Source: Trichosphaerium sp. ATCC 40318 (taxonomy: Eukaryota > Protista > Tubulinea). From it: a stretch of DNA of 64,000 nt. The translations under genes were made by a program, and so were the position numbers. The first letter of the stretch is position 1, and each line of letters opens with the position of its first letter. The DNA is taken from positions 74,510 through 138,509 of the forward strand of contig JALMLS010000225.1 of assembly GCA_038496445.1 (NCBI GenBank), read 5' to 3'. A model generated the notes under the pieces. It saw only the letters and a program-made list of their open reading frames with translations, was not told the origin of the DNA and ran no database searches. Shown here piece after piece: positions 10,921-24,365 of the stretch.

Positions 10921-13900
10921 TTAATGTGCAGGGACTGCGCTATTTACTTTTCGTGGTTTTCTGCGAGGAGTGAATAATAGCATTTCTAGGTTCATAAAAG
11001 GCTTCTCTACAAGCAAAAATGCTGCTGCTGCGCCAATGTATGATACAAATACAGAGCATGTGACAAGAACCATAAGGCTCAAATCAGAGTAAGCGACAAT
11101 GTCGCGACGGCTGGAGTTAACAATAATCAACCTAAGGAAAATTAATTACATCCGCATCAACAATTAATTGTGAACTCAGGATCTTTTCTTTGTCTTTTTT
11201 TTGTAAGTTTGAAAATGTTGCATTTTAGTTAAACGTTTGATATTGTACCAGATTGGGTGGAATAGGTAAGCGGCTAGAGTTAATCTACTCAATGGTAGCC
11301 AAATATCTAGTGCCAAAATGTGGTTGGCGAATCCGCCGTGTCCTGTTGAGGAAGGTAAGTACAAATAGTAAAGTATAAACAAAAGGAGTCTTCTATGCTA
11401 GCGTACCAAACAAGAAAGTAACAGTAATAATACCGATGCCAATAGCCCATAATGGGCGATCAAAAGCGTTCCATAGACACCTGAACCATGAAGGCCACAA
11501 AGCTAAGGAAGGAAAAAACATTAGAAAATATTCGAATCGAAGAAAAACAAGAAACAAAAAATCACTACGTACTGTTTGCGCTTGTGTAAAGAGGTTGATT
11601 TGCAAAAAGCAATGTAATAAGAATGAAAGCAGCAATAAACCAACCAACAAGTACAAGCCAGTATCTAAAGAACAACAAAAAAGATAAGAATCCAAAAAAG
11701 TACACGAAAAAAATGAAGTTTGTTTTGCAAAAAAAAACCTGAGCTTACGGAAGATTTTTCTTGGCTTTTACTCGCTTGTGATACCAAATAGCAAAGAAAA
11801 TACCAATCTACAAGATGAGTGAGTACTCTGTACGGTGTTTAGGCCTCGTTAACGTACGATGTAAACACAGACTCTGTACCAAGGTTGGATGTAGTAAATC
11901 CATCCAATAATATCGTTCGTGCTGTGTTTAACTACAATATTTGTTGTAATCAACTCAGCAACATTCAATCCATAGTAACCAGACATAATACCTCTAAAGG
12001 AAATTTTTTAGTTAGTAAAGAAGCACGTGGGTTCTTTGTTTTCTAAGCAATGTTTACCTTGCTAAGATTGATCCGCTAAGGCCTAGGTAGAGTATGCTGC
12101 TACCGACAATAGGCCATTTGTAAAAGATGTATACGACAGGTAACAAGAAAGCGAAAAATTGGAAGTCGTTTGCGAGATACCAAGTCCAACTCATACATGC
12201 ACCAATTTCTGTCTTTTTGAGGAAAAAAAAGTTAGACAATAGTACAGGAGACACCGTGTCTTTTTTTTTGTTTCGTACCTGACTCCATGGCGCAAGGTTG
12301 TTAACGTATAATAGATTAGTGTACCAATACTTGTGGCAAGAATCAAGTCTTGGAAAAGTGTTTGAAAACTTGGCCCTATTTTTAGAAAAAAGCGTTAGTT
12401 CACACTCTATTTAGTGTAATGATGTAAATTTACATACCACAATGGTCCATTACCAAGATATGGTGTCATGAACATGAACATGAATAAGAAAAATACGTAG
12501 ATAGGTGTCAAACGAAGGTAACTACAAGCGGATAAATAATTGTCCGCTTTACGGGTTTTTTAATGTACCGATGGATATATGCCATAACCCAACGGAAAGG
12601 TGACATCTTAGATCCGCTCTCAAGCTTTTTGAGGAACATAAGTGCCATGAGGAAACCTATTTCTCATCAGATTTTTCGCCTATTACCAAAAAAATAGGAA
12701 AAACTTACCACTGAGGAAAAAAAAGGTGTCTACACTGTATGGTGCGTTCCATATGAGTTGGAACGACCACCTAGGTTTAGCTACCTTGTAAACATAGTCG
12801 AAATTCGTAAATCCACCGCCTAGTTGTTCCCAGACTAAGAGAAAAAAATTAGTCAAAAAAACTTTAAAAAGAAAAGTAGAAAAAACAAATCAGCGTACTG
12901 ATTGCTGAGTGACCGGTAATAACCCAGAACATACTGATGACTCTAAAACCAAAACTGTTAGTTGGATTTTGATGGATACAACTGATATTTGTTTTTGTGA
13001 ACTCCACGTGCCTCAAACCGTTTAGAATTGGCATATTTCCTTTTGGTTTCGACATAAGTCTCTCAAAATTATGCATTACAGAGAACGCCATTAGTAGTTT
13101 TACCAAAAATGTTTGTGGCTTTTCTGGTCTCTTTGCGTTGTCTTTTTCGCCATACTTATTGATAAGATCTTCTTGACTGCTGTGAAAGTTATCGTTGTGA
13201 ACTTTGTCAGAATAGATGTCTAAAAACAGTCAGTTAAAAAAAATCACAAAAGATCATTGGCCTTTTCACCAATTTCACCGTTTAAACACAAAACGTACTT
13301 ATTATTGCGCTGGCCATTGCCTTTTCATATCTTTCTTGTGCTACCTACAAAGAATTAGAAAAACAATCACACGTGAAGATTTTATGAAAACCAAAAAAAT
13401 GTTTCATTTCTTTTGTTTTTCAATTTACCCGTATTCTCCAGCGAAGAATATAATCATAGGCAGTGCTTAGAATGACTAATAAAGCGAGGAGAGAAATAAT
13501 TGTAACGTAGATAATTGCAGCTACAAGTGACGGTAAGTGGAAATAGATAAAAAATACCACGTGAGAATAACAAAAAAATAAGAACAAATCCAAATACGTA
13601 CGAGCATTAAATTTATATTTTTGTTCTCTGCAAAAGGTCCCTTGAGATTTAAGATCAGAGCCCAACAATGAACCAAGTTCTACAATAAACCTTAGGGAAT
13701 ATCCTACCATTGGCATACTGCTCTACACAACGGAGCAAACGACAAAAACGAAAAAAAAGAAAAAAAAAAGAAAAAAAAACTGACCTTCAATAGTAGGAGC
13801 GTATCTACGAAGAAGAGGGTTTGTGCTCCTGTTCAGCTCTTTACCAACCTCTATAAGCTCAGCAGGCGCTGCAAGGATGACAGTTTCGATATCTGCAGCA

Positions 13901-14437
13901 CTACATGCTGAAGGCGCGCATATACCCAGATTTATGCTATTGAAAAGTTATTAACCGAATACAATGCAGAAATGGCTCAAAAAGGCAAGAAAGCAAGGGA
14001 AGGAACGTACGTTACGCCGAGTTGTTCGTAGGTAAATGTTGTCAAACAGTGGTGCGTGTTGGTCAAAAGGTTGCATTCGTCCCAGTTGCCTACATCATTA
14101 ATTCCTTTACCGCTGTAGCGTATTAGGGTGAATTTTTGCACTTCAGTTAGAGCTTCCTACAAAAAAAATAATTAGGAAGTTACAGTATTGTAATAAAGTA
14201 ACGTCATTATGCTGGGGTTGCGTAGTAATACTTCATGCAGGCACTTTCCACAAAAAATACAAGACGTTAAATTTCCGAAGAATTGTCACGTACCCATTCG
14301 CGCAAGCATTCATTACTAGGAGGTTTAGAAGGAGCAGTGGAAGGTGCACTAGGAGGGGCATCGGCACGCTCTCTTATTGGACGTTTCGCACCAACGGTAA
14401 TAATCAACAAAAGCAGTACGAATAGACCAAACCGCAT
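10921..14437 (-). CDS. NRF-6-like / acyltransferase-3 membrane protein, multi-exon
   Basis: Signal peptide; LNGLRVISMFWVITGH, SVDTFFFLSG, CMSWTWYLANDFQF, PLSRLTLAAYLFHP, LLVEKPFMNLE. Confidence 0.88.
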
Positions 14438-14617
14438 GTTGAAAAGGGTAAAAACCTGAAGTATCCATGAGTACTTGGGAAAACGAAGTAAACCAATCGC
14501 TGAAAAGCCTGTTCAGAACTTACGTACAGGTGTGACGCTGAGAGGTCTTTAAAAACGTTGTACAAAGAAAAAAGAAAATAGGCTTAATTTGTTAAGTTGT
14601 TCGGTTCACTGTGAACA

Positions 14618-17600
14618 ATGAGAGGGCGAGGTAGAGGCCGCCGCGGCCATGGTGCCCCTGATTTAGAGTCTGCAAAAAAATCCGCTTCATTTTCTGATCT
14701 AAAGGAACGTTGCCGCTCAAAAATACAACTACATTGACATATATGTAGGTGACACTCTCACTGTTACCATACTTATGGCCAAAAGGCAAATGGGTAAGTA
14801 AAAAACACTCTGTCTTTCTGGTTATGCTAAAAAAGCGTAGAAGATGCGATTACGTGTAATTGTAGCTGTCATTTGCATTATCTGCACAAAAGTTTTCTCA
14901 GGTACGGTACAATAGATTTTTACGTAGCTATATGCTATCTACTTCGCTGAAGAGCAACATTTAGCTCCGCTAATAACACCGAAAAACTGTTGGTGACGAA
15001 TTACAACTCACCATAATCTAGTACTCGTACCAATCATGTACAAACACGCAATAGATGATTTGTCCAAACGTACTGTCCAAAAAGAAAACTCAAAAGAAAT
15101 GTAAAAAAGCAATAATTTCTCATGTCCGTTTTTAGCGGTTCCAGTTTTCCCACTTATGCCTGTATTGCTATATGCAGCTTTAAGATTACTAAGCAAATCC
15201 GGCAACGACGTTCGAGACAGTATATTCGTGAAGGTGCGGATAAATGACCTCCGCAAAGGTTTTTTTGTTGACTAACAAAATACACGTGTATTAACCACTG
15301 AAACTCATAATATCTTCTTAAAGGTCACTCAAGAAGCTCAGAGGTTGGTGTCTCTAGATTTATTCAGTCATCTTCATGCTTTGTCAATGCGTTTTCATAC
15401 CAACAGGTTAGGGTTTTAACAGTTAAAGACTTAGAAAAGTTTTACAAAAAAACATTTATTTTTTGACACTCTGAATAGGAAGACTGGTGGAGTTCTTCGC
15501 GCTATCCAGCGTGGTACTGTGAGGTACTATAAAAAATAAAAAGAATACTCTAGGTCTTATTTACTACTAGCGTAAACTTCATGATTAGATTTTTATGCTT
15601 TAACATTGCTCCAACATTCTTGGAATTGTTATTTGTAACATTGATCCTTTTGGTCAATTACAAGCCATGGTACTAAGTAATTACGTCATACAAAATTCTT
15701 ACAGTAATCTAGGTATGCTCTTGTCACATTGGTCACTATAGTGTACGCTGTCTGATGGAAGTGAAGTTTACTCACCTTAATTTCTAGCGGCTATGTGGTT
15801 TTCTCATTGCTAGTTACCGAATGGCGAACAAAGTACAGACGTGTTATGAACACTGAAGATAATAAGGCCAATAATACTGCTGTTGATTCTTTGTTGAACT
15901 TCGAAACTGTCAAGGTGTACCTTTGTTTTAATATCTAGAGCTAATAATTTTTAGTATTTTAACAACGAACGTCATGAATACCGCCGTTACAATACATCTC
16001 TAAAAGGGTAAGAGAATGTTACATATGAATACTCATATAGCTTAGATATGTCGCTGCGGCACTCAAAGCTCAGTGGTCACTAGCATTTTTAAACATTGGT
16101 CAAACTACAATTATTAGTATTGGAAGTACGTAACCAGAATCAAGATAACACACGTGTTTTATGAATAGCGTAATTCTAATACCTCCCACAGCATTAATTG
16201 TTATGCTTTTGGCTGCGAGGGAAGCTTCCAATGATCCAAGGAGCATGACAGTTGGTACGGTTCAAGATACAGTTTATCATGCTAATTTTTCAAAAGGTGA
16301 TTTTGTCCTCGTTAACGCTTATCTCCTTCAACTTTATACACCACTATCGTTCCTTGGTAGTTCTTATCGTATGATTAAGACAAGCTTGGTTGATTTGGAG
16401 AACATGTTCGATTTGTTGGTACGCTAAACACAATTGTTCAACTTTTTCTCAATTTAACTATTTTCACGTTATTTTCACGTGGTTTAACTGGACCTTTTAG
16501 AATCAACCTGTTGAAATCGAAGATGAGCATGATGCTACTATATTAAAATGCACAGAGGGTGAACTAGAGTTTGATGATGTTGTATTTTCGTATGACGCTG
16601 AGCATGGAATTGCTCTAAAGAATATTGACTTTAAAGTACCTGCTGGTAAGATGGTTGCCATTGTAGGACATACAGGTGCGTATTAATGATTCAAAAAGAA
16701 TCACATTTGGCCACGGAAATCGTTTACTAAAGTTTGTTGTAGGTGCTGGAAAGAGTACAATTTCTAGACTCATTTTCCGTTTCTACAATATTGAATCTGG
16801 TGCTGTTGTAATAGATGGACAGGATATTTCAAGGGTTACTCAGACCAGTCTTCGCAGCGCTCTTGGTACAGTCTAGAACTAGTAATACGAGAATTTTTTA
16901 CTAAGTTCTTTTGATTAGGCATTGTTCCACAAGATAGTATTCTCTTCAACGAGAGCATTTTCTACAACATACAATATGGTGATGTTGAAGCTACACTTGA
17001 AGAGGTAAAGCAAGCAGCAAAGCTTGCTCATATTCATGAATTTATTGAGAACCTCCCTGAAGGGTAAGTATAAGACTGCTAGATTCCTTTTATTGTAGTT
17101 AAACATACTTTGTAGATATGATACAATAGTTGGAGAACGTGGTATGAGATTGAGTGGTGGCGAAAAACAAAGAGTGGCTATCGCAAGAGCTCTATTGAAA
17201 GATCCAAAGAGTACGGAAGGATCATCATCTAAATTGACTTCATGCTCATTCGTTACCAATAGTTATTGTATTCGATGAAGCAACATCATCTCTTGATACA
17301 AAGACAGAGAAGGAGATTCAAAGATCCTTACAAGAAGCTAGTAAAGGAAGAACAACTGTTGTAATCGCACACAGACTATCAACAGTTATCGATGCTGATG
17401 AAATTCTCGTTTTAAGCGCAGGTGAGGCTTTTTAATAAGTTTTTGAAAGAGTACTTGGGTTGATAGTTTTTAGGTGAGATTATCGAACGTGGTACTCATG
17501 CAGCGCTTCTTGAAAAAGAAGGTGAATACGCTGAAATGTGGAAACAACAAATTACAACAGCAGAGGAAAGTGAAAGTACTTCTGAGGATAGTGATACAGG

Positions 17601-17646
17601 AGCACAAGACGAAGAGTTGCTTATTAATATTCATCATGGTCATTAA
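14618..17646 (+). CDS. ABCB6: ABCB6/HMT1/ATM1-like half ABC transporter, multi-exon
   Basis: [32 protein letters not shown], Walker [40 protein letters not shown]. First intron requires a GA donor (see findings). Confidence 0.88.
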
Positions 17647-18324
17647 CAAAAAGAACAACAAATAAAACAAATAAACAAACCCAACCACTTATCTCTACTT
17701 CGCTATGGACATTCGAAAATTGCGAGTAGCTAGAATTCCGAAGTCAAAATACTACGAAGTATGATGTCGCAAACATTTCAAAAGTTGCTTGTACATGCAA
17801 GAAGTAATAGTAGAGAGAAATTGGTCTGCGTAGACAGAGCATTATTCCATAAAATACGAAAAAATCGTAGACAAGTTTAAAACATTGACGAAGACGTTGC
17901 GAATCTACAAAACGCAGTCAGGTAGCCATGTTCTATACGTAGCTTTTTTCAGTCGCGACTTATAGTCGGAGTCGTTTGTAAGCGTTGCCGATCGTACGCC
18001 GAAAACATCTGCCCAAAAAGGGAATGCGTGCAAAACCCGAACGTGCTCGCATCGAATACTGTGCTCGTTACGTTTTTACTGCGTAGATAGGTTATTTTAT
18101 ATTAGACACAATTACAACGATTACAGTATGATACGCACGGATTGTGCGTAAAGGTTTGAAGACGAGAGCGCTTAAGTGCGTGCTTGTTTTGTTGGTTTTA
18201 ATTTCATACTATTCATTGAGCGTGCAGTCGCCTCATTGTCATGATCGTCAGCATTTAAGTCTTTAAAACTGCATCGTTTTCATATTATCTCAAAATAGTA
18301 AACTTTCAACAAGAAAAGCAACTC

Positions 18325-19260
18325 ATGCGAATTTACTTAGCTGTCATAGTGCTGTTAGTCATCTCCACGTTAGTGATGGCTTCCAACGAGCAACAAAACC
18401 CTTGGGTAAGGCGTAGAGATACTACCCACCACAGTGGATCGCGGTTGAGCCAAATCTCTGTTGGCAAGTATATCTGGGGTGTTAACAACCAAGACCATGT
18501 CTATGTTAGACGATACAACCGCCTCAACTGGATGCATGTTGCTGGTTCTCTCAAACAGATTTCGGTCGGCGAGAACGGCGATGTTTGGGGTGTTAGCACG
18601 TATAGCAAAATCTCCTTCCGCCAAGGTATTGTTCACGACCGTGATAACGTACGTCCGTTTATTTTTAGCAGCTCTTCGGTACTCTTCTTTGACGCATTAC
18701 TTGTAGTATACCGGTTGCCATTGGGAGAGCATAAAGGGTGGTTTGAAACAACTTAGCGTAGGATCAGATGGTCGAGTGTGGGGTGTGAATACTCAAGGTG
18801 CGGTATACTACCGTCCTGGGCGCGTAGGGTACTGGCAACGCGTAAGTACAGATTTCGCGTCTACTCGAAAAGCTAACTGCATTTTTTTAAGATCGACGGC
18901 GAGTTTGAAGAAGTAGAGGTTAGTACCGATCACACTGTCTTTGCTATTAAATACGACGGAAAAGTATTCTACAGAACCGGCGTCTCTGAACTCGCTCCAG
19001 CCGGAAAGTCATGGAACCTACTTGAAGGCAAACTACTCAGGCATATTTCTGTTTGTACCTTAGGAATTTTCGGTATTACAACAGACCATCATCTTGTACA
19101 CAAGACGTCCATTTCAGCTCCGTGGGTTCAAATACACGCAGCGAAAATGAAGAGTATAGGCTGCGGAAACCCTGTGTGGGGTGGTATCGCGGTTCAAGGT
19201 GTTGATCTCGACGACTACATCTGGTACTATGAGCACAAGGCTGTAAGTATTACTGAATAA
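18325..19260 (+). CDS. Tectonin-type beta-propeller lectin, secreted, 3 exons
   Basis: Signal peptide; repeated LKQISVG..DVWGV..YR units. Confidence 0.82.
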
Positions 19261-19398
19261 ACGTAGTATCTCTTGTTCGCAGTGAGCGACCCATTTAGTC
19301 TAGTTTACTTTGTGTTTTGTGAACGCGTAGATATGTCTTGAGGTTTGCAGTCGTAGTTTTAAAGTACTTCATACAGCTTAATTTTATTGTACAGTTAG

Positions 19399-21345
19399 CT
19401 ATTCTTGGTGAAAGAATACATGCGCTTCTCGTGCAAAATTGTGAATCATTACATTGCATTTGTCACATAAAAACATTCCATTGGTGTTTTTCATATTTGG
19501 AGATTTTGTTGGGCTATTGACTACTTGCGAGGTTGTCTTTGGTTTAAAGAAAGACATAACATATTTATCGCCTTGTATCTGCTTCTCAAAGTTCGAAAAT
19601 GTTATACTTATGAGTGTAAGATGAAACGTCTTGTTTTGCTTTGGAATTATTTTGTGAAATAGTATTTGAAGGCTATCCATTATCTTATCCTCACGTGCTT
19701 GTCTCTCCATTTTTAGTACTCTTGAGTCACAAACCATTTGTCTACTCTCTCTGTGCCACCTTTTTGGTTTGTTGTAATGCACTTGACGCAAGGAGAGTTT
19801 AAGTGTTTTAGGAATACTTTAGAGAGTAAGTAAAAAAAAAGAAAAACAAAACGCACCGCTCATGTTCAGCAATGAACTTGTCAGTCCTAACAAGTAGTCC
19901 CTTTTAAAATACATCAGTACAGCGTAATGGTAAAAATAATAGTCTTACCTGTAGTATGACACGTGTTCGTCCTTGAAAGTCTGAAATAGAATTACATTTT
20001 TTGAAAGAGTCTTCTTGACTTATACTTTTAGGTAAAGAACTTGGAACAATCTTTCGAGTATCAATACCCCTTGCCATATTATAAATCTCTTCAGCTAACA
20101 AAACAGCATTAACATACGTATTGCATTAAATTTACAAGTACCTCTGTTTCCAACGATACCCTCTAGAGTGGTCACTGAAACTTGCTTCAAATCTGCAACA
20201 GTAGAGATTTCCAATTGTTGGCGAATTAGTTTAGCAGTTCTGTATCCAACACCAGGTAAGCCTCTAATCAATAACATGTTAGTTCGATATTTTTCAGTGA
20301 TGAAAAGGTACCTCACCTTATACTGAGCTTAGCGACAGTGTCGCTTACGACAGAAGGAAGAAGAGTAGTTTGATCGTTTGGTTTATGCATCGATCCAGCC
20401 AACTTTGCAGCAAGCTTAGTAGAGCCAACACCTACACGATTGTGTTAAGGTTTAACAAGTTGATCAATAGTGGTATCAATTTTCAGTACCTGCACAGCAC
20501 GTGTACCCAAGTTTCTTGAAGATGGCACCTCGTATTTGTTTGGCTATTGCTGCTCCTTGTTTTAATCTGCAATATTCTAATTAGGACTTCGTGTATCCTA
20601 AAATAAACAGGTATGCTTACTTTTCTAGATCTTCTTGTTGCATTGTACTTTCATCTCCAACAACGTGTCCATAGAAAGCTTTTATACTAGGGTAGGATTT
20701 AACAACTTCAGTCAAGTCGAGAAACACCTAAAAAGTAAATGTCAACGCTTGCTTCTTCCAGGAAGACAACGCAAACTGTTGTTGTAAACTTTGCCCTACC
20801 TCATCAAAACCAAGCTTCTCTACTTGTTGTGTAAACGTCCTTGCTACTTTAAAAACCTTTGATTGTCACGTGTCAAAAAGTATGTTTCTCAAGTATTGAA
20901 AACGATGAAAAAGCCGTACTTTTGCTGAGGCTTCTCTGTAGTTGGTTAAATCTGATCCATCGACGATTGTTAAAGTCGGACAGAGTTTTAGAGCGTCTGG
21001 TATGCCCATTAATTTTTTGACGCCGTATTTGCGTGCCTATATGCTTTATGTATCGTTTTAATGCGTTTTAGGACGTACTTCGTAGTTACATGTTACAATT
21101 ATGTATTTTTGCTTAATACCTAGCGTGTTGTCATTTATACGTATTAAATAAGCGTTTAGATACCAAGAGGAGCTCCTCGAAGCTTAGGATTTCTTACCAT
21201 TTCTACTTGTGCGTAAAAACAGTCTAAATCTATGTGAGCGATGACCTGCATTGCAGCCCGTAGAACTCAGGTGCTACAAAACCGCTTACATAAGCAGAAA
21301 CTGATTTCGTCTCTTTTTAAAGCTGTTGACCGTTTCTTCAGCCAT
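19399..21345 (-). CDS. POLI: Y-family DNA polymerase iota-like, multi-exon
   Basis: VIAHIDLDCFYAQVE, VTCNYE, LGFDE, KLAAKLAG..KPNDQT, LPGVGY, PKSISQEDSF and C-terminal UBZ-like CDKC..H...H. Start could be 21251 instead. Confidence 0.85.
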
Positions 21346-21386
21346 TCTGTAGCAAAAACAAGTCACTGTAACGAACCTCACAACAG

Positions 21387-22720
21387 ATGCGGTGCTCACT
21401 AGCTGTTTTGTTTGTCTTTATTGTAGCCATGAGTTTGGCACATTGTCGAAATGTCAGGTGAGCCAAAGACAAAGACAAACAACCCTTCTTTTTGGCATTA
21501 GCTAACGGAACTGGAGGTGGTATCTGGCTGCTTCCCGTGTGTCACAGAATGTTGAATTTATTAAACAACATCGTAATGCCCTCACTGGAGTGTATCCTTG
21601 CTGTGGTGGATTCACAGTACGTCAACCTACATGATCAAATTTTATGTTACCTGACAATACTTTTCAGATTGACTGCTCTGGAAAGCTAGTTGTTGGAGCT
21701 AACGTAAAGGCTGAGACAGATCCACTAAAAGCTCTTGGCGTAAAAGTCGTATGTTTGTTGTGAACTTCTCTAGGTTTGGCAGTTGACGCTTTCTCCAGAT
21801 CTACACGCTCTCTGGACCTTGTGAGGCACTTGTTAAGAATGGTGATATTTTAAAAACTGTCAACGAAACTGTTGCTGCGGTTGTAGCGTACTAATGGCTT
21901 TTTACCTTTATTTGTCACGTGACTAGACTTTTCCATTGAGTTTTTGGTTTAGGATGAACTGGGACGGTATAATGGTGGATTATGAGCCATCAGATTACAG
22001 GCGCGAGCATGCTCAAGCATACGCTAACTACTTGGCCGCTCTAGCTGTACGTACTCTAAGTTTATTACTGTTGCGATCTTCTCTTTAAATACGTGCCTTT
22101 TGATGACCTTCTACGCTCAGCGTAGGTGTTTAAATGCGCTGTGACTAATGACTTTCGTTTCTAATGAAGTTGTTTACAGAAAGGATTGCATGCAAAAGGT
22201 TTGATTCTTGGGTCCGACATAGCTAGCTGGGGCATTCTGAAATACTATGATATTTACGCTAAATGTGGTGCTGATACGTTGATGATGATGACTCCAACTT
22301 ACTCTGGCTTAGATATTCCTGAAAACAAGCAAGTTTTTTTTTGCACGAGGTCTTTAGCTTATTCAGTTGGTTTTTTTTAGAGCGGCAGTATCTGAAGCAT
22401 TGAAACAAGGTATTTCAAAGTCGCAGTTTTCAGCTGGTATAGGGAGCATGCTTGTTCCAGGTACTTCCATTTCTGAAGGCTACGGCTAACTAAGTTGTCA
22501 AGGAAATGTGTCACATACGAATTTCCACTGGACAAGTGCAAAGCTTGAGTCATTTGTTGGGTAAGCGAAAAGTATAGTAATATCCACTAGTTTAATATAT
22601 TACAATAGATGGGTTAAAGACCAGGGAATAGAGGAAGTTGATATTTGGCGTGCTGATATTGATGATTATTCTGAGACTGCTTCGTACTATTTTGATGTCT
22701 TAGCATCATTTTTATCGTGA
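21387..22720 (+). CDS. GH18-like glycoside hydrolase, secreted, multi-exon
   Basis: Signal peptide MRCSLAVLFVFIVA; WDGIMVDYEP resembles the DxxDxDxE motif. Confidence 0.65.
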
Positions 22721-22834
22721 CTTACTGTGATTTAAAATAAATAAGGATACGATCCTCCTTCCGAATAGTTCTACAGATAGTTACATTTTGCACAAATAAC
22801 TTCAAAAAAGCTGAAGTCATTGAAGGTAAACTAG

Positions 22835-22942
22835 GCCGCCACCAATACTTCGGAATAAATACCTCAAAAGCATAAAGTAATTCGTCGAGTCTTTAACCTC
22901 AGAAGCAAGCTTCATAGCTTGTCGTACAACCAGGCCAAGATG
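22835..22942 (-). pseudogene. Isolated TRRAP/Tra1 fragment
   Basis: HLGLVVRQAMKLASEVKDSTNYFMLLRYLFRSIGGG resembles the TRRAP NYFLLLRALFRSIGGG segment; no other TRRAP exons nearby. Confidence 0.7.
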
Positions 22943-22947
22943 AGTAT

Positions 22948-23223
22948 ACTGACCAATTCGTGAATGAGTATACACCATTACAGAGTTTACACCTTCATTC
23001 AGATCGAAGTACATACTAAGAGACGATATTCGGTGTTAGTTAATTGTGTCCGATGATTTTTTCTGTCAAGCTTTGTGGAAAGACATTCAAGGTTACTTTA
23101 CCTCCCAGATCGTTGTATCTAATGACAGGAGATTCAAGGTTTAAGTACAAGCATGGTGTTCACACAAATAACGTACTTGGAGAACGTAGAGTATCGGTAA
23201 CATTCAGAATGGTTAAAGACTGA
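22948..23223 (+). pseudogene. AlkB-family 2OG-Fe(II) dioxygenase pseudogene fragment
   Basis: DQFVNEYTP..HSD..LPPRSLYLMTGDSRFKYKHGV..RRVSVTFR with in-frame TAA at 23017 and 23041. Confidence 0.78.
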
Positions 23224-24300
23224 TAATAAAAACTACACAACCAAGACACAGCTTCTTGTACAATCCTATGTTGTATCAAAGTAGTTTCTTATTTTATTCA
23301 CGCATTCTATACGATATTATCCCATGTGACAGGCACCCTCGCATTGTTTGGAATCTTGTATAAATAGGAAACGCAAGTATCGTAAGATCTTTCACCTGAG
23401 AATGAGAAATGCGAGGTGGTATTGGTTTACTAAGGTTCTGTCCTACACGTGGCATTTTTCTGCTTGAGTTGTATGATATTGTTGTTTGTAAATTATGTTG
23501 ATATACGTATGTACAGCAAGAATTTAGTAGACTTTGTTGATGTTATAGTAAAATACTTACCGTAAAGTGTATTCGTTCAGAGAACCACTTATAGCTACTC
23601 CATAAATATTGTTAATACAAGTTTTAGGACAACCGTCAAGTAAGTAGTTACGCGACATAAGCACGATAGTCAGAAAAAGCTTTGGATATTTCAGTTTTAA
23701 GGCATTTTTTCAGCCGTTATGCTTTGGTGTAACTTCACATTGATGCGTTTAAACTACTTACTCGTGTCGTTCAAGTTGTCCACTGCCATTACACTGTGTA
23801 AACTCGGTATTGTGGCCATTTACCACTCTCTTCATTTGAGGCTTGATTGAGACTTTAAGTGGCTGTACGACGTTTAGTGTACGCCACCAAGAAGATTTTA
23901 ATTAGCTGTTTAAACTAACATTACAGACCGCCAACGGGTTGTGAGAGCGCACTGTTCAATTCGTACAATACTATGTCAAAGATTTTCTAATGTTTTTTGC
24001 GGAGTTTTAGCAAAACGCCAGTGCTCAATCGGAACTGACGTCTGGTTTGTCATAAATTACCTATCTCCTATTATTGTACTTTGTAGAATGGCTTTGGAGT
24101 CGCATTGTGTAACAGTAATTTCAAGGGATCTCAAAAAAGGCTCGAAAAAACTGGAATTTCACAAAACGTCGAAAAGAGTCGACTTTTCACAGAGTAGCTG
24201 TTATTCTCATGAACTATTTCCACCGTAAAATTAGTGAATTATCTCAAACAGTCAAATTTGCTGTCCAAGCTACCTGAGCACACAGAGAACAAATGGAGCA

Positions 24301-24342
24301 TCCCACAATTTTTTACATCGTGTAGAAAATTGGGTATAAATA
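24301..24342 (+). promoter_or_regulatory. Candidate snRNA-type promoter (USE/DUSE-like element plus TATA)
   Basis: TCCCACAA at 24301-24308 and TATAAATA at 24335-24342, about -65 and -31 from 24366; CCACAAT also lies about 50-56 nt upstream of the U2 gene. Confidence 0.5.
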
Positions 24343-24365
24343 GTCGTTTCTTTGCAATATCTATT

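Noticed and set aside
17700-18200. Possible small multi-exon gene
   Set aside because: Could not build a consistent open frame.
23017-23043. TAA reassignment suggested by in-frame stops in the AlkB fragment
   Set aside because: Many intact genes in the window end in TAA and long ORFs lack internal TAA.
23270-24100. Possible multi-exon gene on the minus strand
   Set aside because: Splice-like signals are present but start, frame and product could not be established.
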